Source: Guillardia theta CCMP2712
Taxonomy: Eukaryota; Protista; Cryptophyta
NCBI RefSeq assembly: GCF_000315625.1
Contig: NW_005434652.1
Coordinates: forward strand, 293,132 to 357,131
Reading direction: 5' to 3'
Length of the DNA: 64,000 bases
A program made the position numbers and the translations under genes. The notes beneath the pieces are model-generated. The model made no database searches, was not told the origin of the DNA, and worked only from the letters and a program-made list of their open reading frames with translations. Position 1 is the stretch's first letter, and every line of letters begins with the position of its first letter. Positions 1-10,836 of this stretch are shown piece by piece.

Positions 1-580
1 ACAACTGATGGCTACTGGCGGCGGATGGCATGGGTTAATCCTGGACTTCAGCATGTCACATGTGTTTGACAATGATGGAATACCGGACCTCGCTCGGAGC
101 AAACTGCAAGCGGCAGCACAGCGGAAGATCCGAGGGCATCGTAATGCATATGCTCAGCACGTCCCGCCAAAGGCCTTTCTTCCCATCATCGCCAGCACTG
201 ATGGCCTCTTGCAGGACGATGCGTTGCGCTTTCTGTGGTGGCTGGCGGATCGCTCGGCGAACAAGGAAACGGCAGCGCTGGATGGTCTCTCGGCCTCGCA
301 AGACGTCTCAGGTGATCCGACTTGCAAACGCATTCGGTCCAGGATCTTCCGTCAGCTCAAGGCCTCCCTGTCCTACGCTGCCATCATCGCGGGTGCATCC
401 CGGTATGCGTCTCATTCCTTCGGCGGCGGCCACCGCGACATCGCTGGCATGGCCGCGCGGGGACTTGTCCTGCGCGCCGTTAAGTGAAGGTATCAGTTAA
501 GTTTGGGGGACAGCAGTCGGCAGGATTAGGTTTGGTTCTCGCTGTCTTTTCTCTTCTCGCCGTTTGGCCTGTGCGACAGT
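1..580 (+). mobile_element. 3' end (endonuclease region + 3' UTR) of a CRE-like non-LTR retrotransposon, cut by the window edge
   Basis: Reverse complement of 13069-13652 apart from a 3-bp indel, a 1-bp indel and about two substitutions. ORF 8..487 has RLE-type segments LILDFSMSH, AAAQRKIRGH, FLPIIASTDGLL. Shared sequence ends at ...GGCCTGTGCGACAGT (580). Confidence 0.9.
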
Positions 581-1630
581 GAAGGGGGTTGCCCTTTGAA
601 AATAGGGGAAGCCGGCTGGAGTTGAAGTGCACTCTGGTACTAAAGACTAGACTACTGGGTGGGGTTATCCAAAGTATTGGGAAATGGGGTACTTTAACAG
701 GGAAAATGATGGGTCAGGGTACTTATGGCTACAGAAAGGGGGTAGGGATATTTATGTCGACGGGTGGGGTCTGTGAGAGTACATGACGCGGTCAGGTGAC
801 CGCGAAACGTGTAAAGATGCAAACCACCCCCTCATTGATCATGAAATATACCGGTAATACAGCGTTCTTGACAATGTACCGGTGTGTTCATAGCTTATCT
901 TCAGCCATGGGCGGGGGGTAAGGGTGATGGCACCTAGCGATGCGTGCGTACCCCCACCCCTGGACTCTGGACGTCTTAGCAAATCATCTTGAAGTACCCA
1001 TATGCCAACAGTTCTTTCAAGGGGTACTTCTACATTGTAGTAAGCAAGAGTCACCCCCCCACCCCCTCTCTCTCTACCTGTACCTCCCTGACTCCGTCTT
1101 TAATAAATCAGTTTTTAGAGTTAAGTGGTCAGCCCCAGTCATGTCTATAGGCAACCCCGTAACCCTACCCTTTACATTTATACCCCATTTCCTTTGCACC
1201 CCTACCTATCTTTTGATAGTCGAATACCCCTAAAAATGACTCATATCATTTACACCCACCCCTTGTTCTGGCGAACCCTACCAATGCTGAATCTAGCTTG
1301 TCGACACTATGTTGGGTACGTTGCGCCCCGGAAAACTTCGGGGTGGGGGTGAAAATGGGGGGGTGGGGGTAGATGACTTTAATCACCCCTACCCCCCTTT
1401 TCGTAGAAGTTTCCAATGTGGCCGTTCCGCTGCTTAGGAAGGTGATACATGGGTCTAAAAGTACCGGTTCTTTCATACTGATTTGAAGGGTCCTGTGCGA
1501 CGAAAGGGGGTACAAGTAAGCGAAGCTAGAAAGGCAACAGACATGGGGTGGAATATGGGAGGAGGTGGTATTGAAGGGGTGGGGTGGGATGGGGGGAAAG
1601 AGTGGTGGGAGGAAATATCCTGTGGCATTA
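581..1630. other. Non-coding GGGTA/TACCC-rich G/C-run tract upstream of the RWP-RK gene
   Basis: Dense G- and C-runs with TACCC/GGGTA words, no credible ORF. Same texture recurs upstream of other genes. Boundaries approximate. Confidence 0.6.
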
Positions 1631-1844
1631 CAGGAAGCACTAAGCGCAAGGGAGCAAGACCAAGGGACAAGCAGTCGAGGAGAAGAGAAGAAGAGCAACG
1701 ACCACATCAGAGTTCAGCAAAGACATCTCCGAACAGCAACAGCAAGAAGAAGAAGGAGAAGCAACAGCTAGGACAACAACCAGAAGTACAAAACAACAAA
1801 GAAAGTTAACTAGACAAAACGAAGAACAAGCTTTGCTATTAGAA

Positions 1845-2291
1845 ATGGAGAACGATAGAGTATCTAGGTATCACAAGCTCAAGGGACTGTTTCAGTTCCG
1901 TCAGAAGGAAGCGGCAAAGCATTTGGTGAGTGTTCTGATGAGATCGAAGTGAATGGAAACTTACACTCTGTTACAGGGCGTCTCGTTGACTACCATCAAG
2001 AAGTACTGTCGTCAGGCAGGGATTCACAAGTGGCCTTACGCAAGGGAGAACATCGAAGTTAACCCGAGGTCAAAGCGACAGCAAAAGACCGAGTACATAC
2101 AGGAGAAGGCAGCGAGATGTGTTGGAGCTCTCAGTGACGAAAACATGCTCGTGGAAAACAGCCGTATCCTCAAGCGACCCGAAGTTTCGGCGGAGCACTC
2201 GCTATTGAACAACTCGATGGTTCACATGAAAGTTGTGCTTGAGAGCGACTGGTTCCGAGACGCGTTCGATTATATCGAGACCGCCATATGA
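1845..2291 (+). CDS. RWP-RK domain transcription factor (2 exons, intron 1926-1976)
   Basis: Spliced translation MENDRVSRYHKLKGLFQFRQKEAAKHL|GVSLTTIKKYCRQAGIHKWPYAR fits the RWP-RK consensus (F..P..EAA..LGV..T.LK..CR..GI.RWP.RK). The GTGAGT...TTACAG intron keeps the frame. Confidence 0.85.
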
Positions 2292-2713
2292 TAGAGCAAA
2301 TCACATGTACACTAGATGAGACTGGAGAGTTTCTTACTGGGGTGGAAATCGAATCCTTCTTGTCTCATCATATCGATTCTGTATAAACTAAATCAATTCC
2401 GCAAACATATTATGTCTAACTTGATCATTACAAAGGATGTCTTGTTGCTCTTGTCTGGCAAGTTTTCTACTGTCCAAGGATATCAGCATTGTTTGTAGAG
2501 CTGGTAGCTTTGACAGATCCTCATGTCGCTCTTGCACTAGATGCATGCCTTGCAACATAACAGCTCAAAGATCGGCACAATCGTTGATGTCCTGTGTTGA
2601 AACTCGAACAGAACACAGGGAGGTCAAATCGCTGATGATCGCAATTCATCGTTTATTACATATGCACAAAAGACTGCCTTTGGCTCAAATTACATCCTTC
2701 CCATCCAGTGTCA

Positions 2714-5060
2714 CTTAGGAGGCTTGCCAAGTAGTTCAGCCCGCAGCTGCTGGAGGGTCGGTCGAGCGTGACCTGCAGACACACGTTAGCAGTAGACCTC
2801 CTCCTCCTCCTCCTCCTCCTCCTCCTCCTCCTCCTCCTCTTGCTACTGACCTGGCTTGTGCTCCCCTTCATCGGTCGTTTCCTTGACATGGTCCACGCTC
2901 TCGCTCGAGGGCTGCGACTCGATGGTGATGATGGTTGTGGTGCTTGTCGAGTCGTGGATCTCAATGTTCTGCGTTCGATTTGCCTCTGCAAGGAGTGATG
3001 CGTCACAGCAGCACAAGAATCACCATGGTGCTCTTACTCGCTGCATGAGCCTGTACGCTCTTCTCCTGCTTCAAGACCTTGCGGACAATCGTCTTCTTCG
3101 TCTTGGCAAGGTACTGTCAAAACTCCATCATCAATCCTCGTGAAAGGCTGTACAACAGGAGCGAGCAACCTGTTTGCCCTCTTGCATGATGTCGGTCGGG
3201 AGCATGTCGACGATCGCTGCCCTGTAGAGTATGGATCAATCCGAGCATTGTTCTCCTTGCTCTGTTTACCTTGGCCCTTTGAGCAGGGCGTGCGACTGAT
3301 CGAGGTACTTTGAGAGAGGTCCACCTGTGAGGGAGGAGATGAGGGCGAGAGCGAAGCATCATCAACGCAGACCTGCACGAAAATCGGTGTATGGGAAGAA
3401 CTGCGATGAAAGGAACAGGGCTCAGGTCAAGACAGCACGAGGAAGGCAACTCAAGGCAGGGACTTACAGCATGCAGGCAGATGGCGTACACGAACATCTC
3501 GATCACAACGAGAAGGTTCTGGAGTCCTTTCGCAACGTCTTCGGACCTGAGCAGGAAGGTTACGAGCGGCAGCAACTTGAGGCATAGAAGACGTACGTGT
3601 ATTCCAAGACTGGTGGGATCATGTCAACCTCGACAAGGAAGGTGACGATGATTTGCTGCCACCAAGAGAAGAAGACGACAGCCTGAGAAAGAGTTTACTC
3701 TCCTGGACTCAAGGGAAAGTTCTGCGGACCTTGACAACCAGGAACTTTCCGAGAGGATTGAGAGACATGAGCTCCTTTTTGAGCTGCAGGAAATTGCATT
3801 TGTGAGATGTGCACACAAAAGGCAGCTCAAGGAGAGGGAGTTCAGTGTCGGGAGGAAAACAGAATCAGTAACTTCAAAACCATGGACAAGACCAAAGACA
3901 CAGACTCCGCTGTGCTTTAGTGGCATGCAAGCAAGAAGAGGGAGGAAGGGAGGGGAGAGGGAGAAAATTCTCACTTCGATGTAGAAGACAACTAGGCAAT
4001 AAAGTGCCCAGCACTGAGAGCAGTTGATGATGATCAGCGTCCAGACATAGGCTTTGTCCACCGAGAAATGTCCTTCTCCATACCTAGAAAACAATGAGAA
4101 GGACGAGGGGCAGGATTGAAGAAGCGATGGAACAGAGAATGATGCCAAGCCATCTTTAGACAAGAAAGGGGACAGAAAGCATTTGAGAGCCGCACATGTC
4201 GTATTGTTGAAAGATTATGACCATGACAGCGACAAGGGTCCTGATGAACACATACTGCAAAAATATTAGGATGAAGTAAAGTTAAGGAGATGATCGAAAC
4301 CTGCCAAACACCAATCGATGTCCGACGAAGAAATTGAGTGTCCAGTGTCCATTGTCTGCAGAAGCTCTCATATTAGTGCACTTCTCACGACGTTCATCGG
4401 GGTTACTTCAAACAACAGCACGGTGCGATGTGTTTGGCTTTGTTGGTTCCTTTCTCCGATGCTAGCTTGGCCATCTTTCGTACACAGATTAATCCCTATC
4501 ATCAACATCTACGAATTTCCGTACTTTTGCCAGGGCAATATCGGGTGGTCCCATGAATTCAAGCAACAAGCGGAAAAAGGAGTAGACGACATAAGCCTTG
4601 CAGGAAAGGGGAGGGTAAGATTCAGAAACGCGAGACGAGAGAAGGAAGATGACAGACCTCGTAAGCTTCTCGAAGAGTCTCCATGATGAGTTTGTGGTCG
4701 TTGAATCTCAATGCGAGCCAGGACTCAATCTATGTGGCATTAGTCACTGCGGAAAAGTTGCCTTCCCGAACACATCCAACTTACTGAGTAGATAGGCACC
4801 ATCCATAAGATGCGGATGTAATGTCTTTGTAAAGGAGAAACGTAATGCAAGATGTGCATGTGAATGTCATGAAGAGAGATCGGAACAGAGACGGCCACAA
4901 AGACAGCTCCTATCGCCCATGCAAGCACATGTTCCCCATATTGCTTCTGAATGACAAGTTGTAGCGAGAGGAAGGAAAGGAGGCCGACCAAGATGAACGT
5001 AATCGCTAGCATGATCCGACTTGTCTCAACCCACCATCTGTTAACGTGAACTCCATACAT
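2714..5060 (-). CDS. TMEM184 / organic solute transporter Ost-alpha family protein (multi-exon, ends approximate)
   Basis: Exons give AVSVPISLHDIHMHILHYVSPLQRHYIRILWMVPIYS, GVWQYVFIR, YGEGHFSVDKAYVWTLIIINCSQCWALYCLVVFY and GLQNLLVVIEMF, all typical TMEM184 segments. Confidence 0.88.
2797..2839. repeat. (CTC)n microsatellite
   Basis: About 14 tandem CTC units. Confidence 0.9.
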
Positions 5061-5129
5061 GGAGATGAAGTTCGCTGTCGGCGCTTGCCTCGGTTCATCA
5101 TCATCCGCATGCGATGTCGATGAAGCTGC

Positions 5130-6079
5130 GTGCTTTTCACCTCCACCCTGAGGATCCGGATCAGAAGAAGATTACACCGAAGCCTTCAAAGAGACAAGAT
5201 AGCACTACACGTACCGATTCGTGAGATTCCTCATACTCATAATCTTCAGAGCACCAAATTGCCTCCTGTTGATCGGGTCAGCAACAATCCGTTCAATGCA
5301 GCAGACCCTGGACGAGTCGTCAAGACCTGGAAGTCGAGATCATCTTCGTCTCTATTCCACAACGGTTTCACTTCTAGCTTCTGTTGTCTTACAAGCTCGC
5401 GCAGCTCCTGCACTCTCCTCGAATATTCGCTCTTCTTCGTGCCCGACGACGACTCAGACGCTGCAGAGGAGTTGGCCTTGTGTGTTTTAGGCTTGCTTGT
5501 GAAGGAGGGAAACAACCCAGAAAGCCTTGCCTTCCAGCTCTTGCTCTCATCTGTAAGGAAACAGAAACACGCACATCACATTGTCGAAATCATTCGCATG
5601 CGTTCAGTCAAACCTGCATCCACGAGCTTTTGATGCATGCTTTCAGAGCCTTTGGAACAGCACAGAAAAATTTCAGAACAAACAAGAACAACAATAGAAA
5701 AGTCTTGATACCATTGACTGAAAGATCTCCAGCCTTCTCCAACGCATCATCGTTGGTGGCACTACCAACCCTCCCTTTTTCCATGATGGTTCAAGTTTGG
5801 AAAGGATATGGCAGCAGGACTTAGAGTCCAAAGGGGAATGGAGTATCGATGGACTGAAGACTCAGAAACAGGATCCGGTAAGAGTGAACAAGCTTTCCCT
5901 TTCTTTAGTTTTCCTCCATAACACCGCTCTGCTAATTCCTTCGGGGATGTTGCAACCAAACAGAAAAATTGTTACCCCCGTTTGCTGATTTGCCTTCTCT
6001 CACTCCACCCACAACATCTGCATCCCAAAAAGCGCTTTAAAGCACGAGATTCCGCCATCTCCTTGTCTTCTCTGACCAT
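5130..6079 (-). CDS. Possible spliced low-complexity 5' extension of the TMEM184 gene or a separate hypothetical gene
   Basis: ATG at 6079, several short coding-like frames (e.g. SEYSRRVQELRELVRQQKLEVKPLW) and GT/AG signals. No recognisable domain. Confidence 0.3.
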
Positions 6080-6885
6080 GTTCCATCTTCCCCTTCTCGT
6101 CTCTTGCCGTCCCTAGTAATACATTTTTCGCCATGGCGGGATTGGGGACTATCAATGGAAATATTTTGGCAATCCAAGCATTTTTGGGCCTAGGTATATG
6201 AATTTCTTCATATCTTGATAGGACCTTGTCCTAGGACTAACTTCAAGATTAACATCTAAATTACATGGTTCGAAAATTGACTACACAGGGTTCTAGTCAA
6301 ACAATTGAAAACTTGAACTACCCCTACCCCCAATTTTCGCTTCAAAATGACCCACTATGCTATCTCTGGATCATTCCCCTAGAGTTCCAAACTTTACTCC
6401 CCCAAACATCGCCACTGTAGTTTTGAAAAAGGGGCACGAAACTGAATTTATTTGATTTAAATTAAGCTTTCTGATAATATATTTGAGGAGGCATAGTGAA
6501 TTTTATTGAGTCAAGCCTTTGAAGGTCGCCGACCGTGTCCGGACTCGGTCACGAGAGTCCGTCCGGCCCGAGCCTGTTCCGGGCCTCAGTCCTGCGGCGC
6601 TTTATTATAGCCTATCATAGTGTGTAGTAAACATGAAAGTCAAACTCAGTCAGTAGTCAAAGACTGCCCGGCCGGTCAAACGAAGATTCTCCGAGTTGTC
6701 CCAGTGAAAAGCCTCTTTCGTTTCTTTAAGTTCTTCCTTGCGGCAGTGCGGCCTTGGCAGAGTCTTGACTTGACTTCTCCCGGCGGCGTCGACCGTCGCT
6801 AGCGAGTAAACCTGTCCGACAGGCTGGACGGTCCAGCCACACCTTGACATGTAAATCAGTGGTAACATGTGGCAAGTTGTTTTGC

Positions 6886-6990
6886 GACCTCGACAAGCGC
6901 CAAGCAGTCCCAACAAACAAAGAAACGCCATCGACGAACACCTCTATGAGGGCAAAGCAGAAGGTTAGTTGTGTTCAATCCAACAAGTGA
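6886..6990 (+). pseudogene. 5'-truncated paralog of the MVANT microprotein family
   Basis: Translates DLDKRQAVPTNKETPSTNTSMRAKQKVSCVQSNK*. Downstream TCTGTAACTCGGAGA also follows the 8139 copy. No in-frame MVANT start. Confidence 0.7.
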
Positions 6991-8138
6991 GAAGCTGTCA
7001 ATCTGTAACTCGGAGATGTGAACAATGGCTTGTTTGAGACCTATCATCGGTACTTGAGGTACGGTACGGTGAGAGACCAGGTAAACTGATTCGTATTACA
7101 GCTCACTGTGCTAGGACAGGCTGATACGTATGATAAACTGTACGGATGTTGTGTACACGATATAGAGTGTGACGATGCAACAAACGAGATAAGGACGAGT
7201 GTGATAGGATAGAAGATAGAAGTCTTTTAGTATACTTGAAGTGAACTAGGCACATTCAGCACACTTGCAACTTGATGTGCATGCAGGGAGAATGAAGGAG
7301 GCCGATCGCTAATGATGACGTCTGGAAACTCATGTAAACAGCAACAGTGATATCTTGGTTTCGGGGAGGGGGAGGGGGGTGGGGGGGATGGTTGTCCCTT
7401 CGAGAATGAAAGAGATCACCAGAGCAATCACTGCTTCGTTTATTTGAACACAACGAGCACGATAGACTACCGCTGTCGGCTAGGACATAAACCTATTGCC
7501 CGAGCATTGCAACATTGAAGGTGAATTTGAAGCAGAAATTCCCATCCCTGGAGGTTCGCCTCCGGTTTGCCACGTGTGCCCTGTTCCACAACGGAAAGAT
7601 GTGTGACCGCAACCTTAGCACCGCAGCAGGTGACCTGCCATCTGCGCTTTGGAAAGCCCTTCACCGTGCCGTACCTGTCGTGTCTTTCTGTGAACGATTT
7701 CCTGTTTTCTTGTTGCCCTCACCCGGTGACCCGTGAACACATCCTACTTGCGTCGATGCCTTAACGTTGTGCTTTCTTTCTCTGAGGCAGACTCATGGGC
7801 CCTGTCAGCATGCTGACAGGGTCGCCTTCGAAGCCATGTCACTGCCATGCTGTGGCTGGATGAAAAAAAAAAACATTACTCATCAGACCCCTTCGTTTTG
7901 ACTCAATTGAACCGGTAGTGACCGTATGAGTTCTCGAACTTGAGTTAAACGGCCAGGGAGCTGTAAAAGCATGAAGGTCAAACTGTAGTCAAAGCTTTTG
8001 GTTGTTAATTTATATAACAACCCATCCCTACTCTCCACGCTCCACCTTCTAGCGAACCCGACGATCCTTTCTCTTCCCTCCAAGTCTTGCCTGCTCTCAA
8101 CCTACCACAGCCTGCATCTTACCCATCCTGCTCTACGA

Positions 8139-8362
8139 ATGGTTGCAAATACAAAGAACAACCAAGCGCAAGGCGCTCTATCACCATCGTCAGCGAGTCC
8201 TTCTACCTCAGCAATCGCCAAGCAGCCCCCACAGACAACACAATGCCACCAACTAGCACCTCAGGCAGAGTCAAAGAACCAACGCTTGCGCGTGCTCAAA
8301 ATCCGCTCCTTAGAAACGTGATGAGGGCAAAGGAGAAGGTCAGCTTGATCAACAGCAAGTGA
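8139..8362 (+). CDS. MVANT-family microprotein (~74 aa) with a 1-nt frameshift near codon 6
   Basis: ATGGTTGCAAATACA, then shifted frame EQPSARRSITIVSESFYL...LLRNVMRAKEK. Colinear with 10429-10668. TATATAA near 8010. Confidence 0.6.
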
Positions 8363-10428
8363 GCAACAAACTATCATTCTGTAACTCGGAGACGAGAACA
8401 ATTATTCATTTGTGTCCAATGTACATTAGATACAGCGTAAGACCAAGTAAAATATTTTGTCTGATAGCAAAAACCATTGAATAAATGTGCTTTGTCAGCA
8501 GACATGCCTCAAAGAATCCAAATCCCTTCTGCACCGAACCAAGCTCATACCGCAAACAAAATCGCACGTGTCAAGGAAAGAGATTCATGTCCTAGCGAGC
8601 AGCAGTAGCCTGCCCTGTTTGTTGTGATCCAGTAAACACAACTTCTGCTTGTTCTGGCAATCTATATTGAAACATTATTGATTGCAGAAACATGACTCTG
8701 GTCAGCAGTGAATGAAGTCCCGTCCCATGGATAGCTTACTGCATCTTGTGCTATGGTCCTTCTCCTATGATACACAATAGCCATTACTTTTTACTGAATA
8801 GCGCCCACTTCAACTTGTACCTCGTCCTTGTTGTTACATCGTCACAATGGTTGCACGAAGGATAAATGCGCTCGAGGAAGCGATGAATCAGGATGATTCC
8901 TCTTGCCAACGCAATCTGCTCAGAGACACATACGTGCAGCAATGCTGAAGACAAGAGGGTATCATGCATTTTGATCGTGTATATGTTGTATACACAATCT
9001 TGCGTAAGACCTTGAACTCCGATGATCTTAGGATCACAATTTATTAAGCACACTGAACACTCATCAGATCAGCACCATCGTCGTCCTATTTCCCTACGCT
9101 ACGTCCAAGAGGCGTCCGGTATGAGCCCAGGATACAACAGTATGTGTGCCAAGACAAGCTGGGAGATTCTTGCACATGCATGGGTACTGGGGAGGAAGAT
9201 AACAATCTTTGTTTAAGTCCGAGTTGTGTGTATCATATCCAATGTTGGTCTGTGGTCTACATCTGCTTGATATCGGCAAGTCACGTTAAGCTGCAGTTCA
9301 AGGAATCAGTCAAGCACGCTATCATTGTGCATCATCAGCAATCAATGATGATATCGATGCATCGATCTTTCGATACTCCGATGCCTTATGTTAGTCAACC
9401 CTGCAGTGACACCACGACTGACAGTTTGCACATCCCATCCCAACACCATACGGTCAACAGCTATCAATAAATCATCAGCGAACCCTCACGTCGGACCTTG
9501 ATCGAGATCCTGAATGATGTGACGAGTCCGAGTCAAAATGCGTTCATCGGATATTTTTAGATTTCTGCGTTGATTTCGAAGTTCGAGAACTTTCTTACTC
9601 GAGGCGCTGCAGTGACAGGCTTGCCAGCCTGGCACTCCCTGGCAGGGCAACGTGACCTCATCCTGTAGAGGACCGTCCGACCTGGCAGTCACGGGGACTG
9701 ACCGGGGACCGGCCGGGGGGCGTGTAAAGCTTGCCTGGCTTCAACTATTTGACCATTTGTTTGACCCGCTGATGACCGTCTGCTGCTCAGCCTCGAAACG
9801 GCGAGCTTTCAGAGCTTGTGTCTCCGTACTCGTTCGAATTCTTTTCTCTTTTTTCAACCTGGCCTCTTCAATTTGGAAAAGGGATACCGGAGATTCAAAG
9901 CGCCACACCAAGAGTTCTGTCAGCAACCCGAGTGACAGCGCAAACGCATCGGATGGGGTTTGTGGCCTCTTTACCACTTGGAGAGTACCCCCCTCCTAGC
10001 ACTCAAAAGCACCCGTCACCAAATCGTCTGCCATCAAATTTGAACAAAATTCATGGTCCGTGACTTCAATGAATTCCATGCCATTCTAACGAAGAGAGCG
10101 TTCTATGCCACTACCCCCTGTAATTCTTGTACACCCAAACATTTCCCACAATGAACCCCTATCTTGACCTGACCCCCGTACCCCTTTTATGTTGTTTACC
10201 CCCTTGAAAACCGGACCCCCTTATAAAACAACTCGGCACTCCCGTCCCTCTCTATAAAAAGATGAGTCCCTTGCAACAGCTACAACATAGTTCCTCGAGA
10301 AGGGAAACATAAGACGTTAACTGTACAATCCTCCGCCCCTCCCCAACGTTGCAAGATCTCCTTACCGCACACAACTTGCTATCTTTCATTGAGATAATTC
10401 TGCACTGATCGCTGAATTCTACTGTCGA

Positions 10429-10668
10429 ATGGTTGCCAACACAACAGAAGCAAGCAACAGGCGCTCCATCACCATCACCAGCGAATCCTTCTATCTCGAC
10501 AAACATATCCCCTCTGTATCGACCGACTCTTCGAAGAGAATGGCACCAACGTATTCAGGTGTCAACAGATCGGCGAGTGGCGAGAAGGACGCTAAGGCAA
10601 ATTTCCTGCTGCAGAACGTGATCAGGGCGAAAGAGAAGAGCGGAATGCATATCAAGCTGGATTCTTAA
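10429..10668 (+). CDS. MVANT-family microprotein, 79 aa, unknown function
   Basis: Intact ORF MVANTTEASNRRSITITSESFYL...LLQNVIRAKEK. Conserved blocks differ from the 8139 copy largely at synonymous positions. TATAAAA boxes near 10222 and 10254. Confidence 0.75.
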   Translation: MVANTTEASNRRSITITSESFYLDKHIPSVSTDSSKRMAPTYSGVNRSASGEKDAKANFLLQNVIRAKEKSGMHIKLDS

Positions 10669-10836
10669 AATCCAGCTAGATTTGAGTGCATTCGAAAATG
10701 TTAATAGCTGTAGCATATTTCTATCCTCTAAAGCAAAGCTTTGATCATAGGCGTCATATTTCTCGTGTACTTATAAATGAACATATTTGCAGACACCTGA
10801 TCGATTGACCACGTTTGGAAAGGAAAGCTTGATCGT

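Noticed and set aside
550-575. Resemblance of CTTCTCGCCGTTTGGC to the 5' end of U2 snRNA (Utopia-type target)
   Set aside because: The match is short and gapped, and the invariant U2 AAGATCAAGTGTAGTA does not follow.
8400-9600. Possible gene between microprotein copies
   Set aside because: Only short ORFs with no motif or consistent splice pattern that I could resolve.
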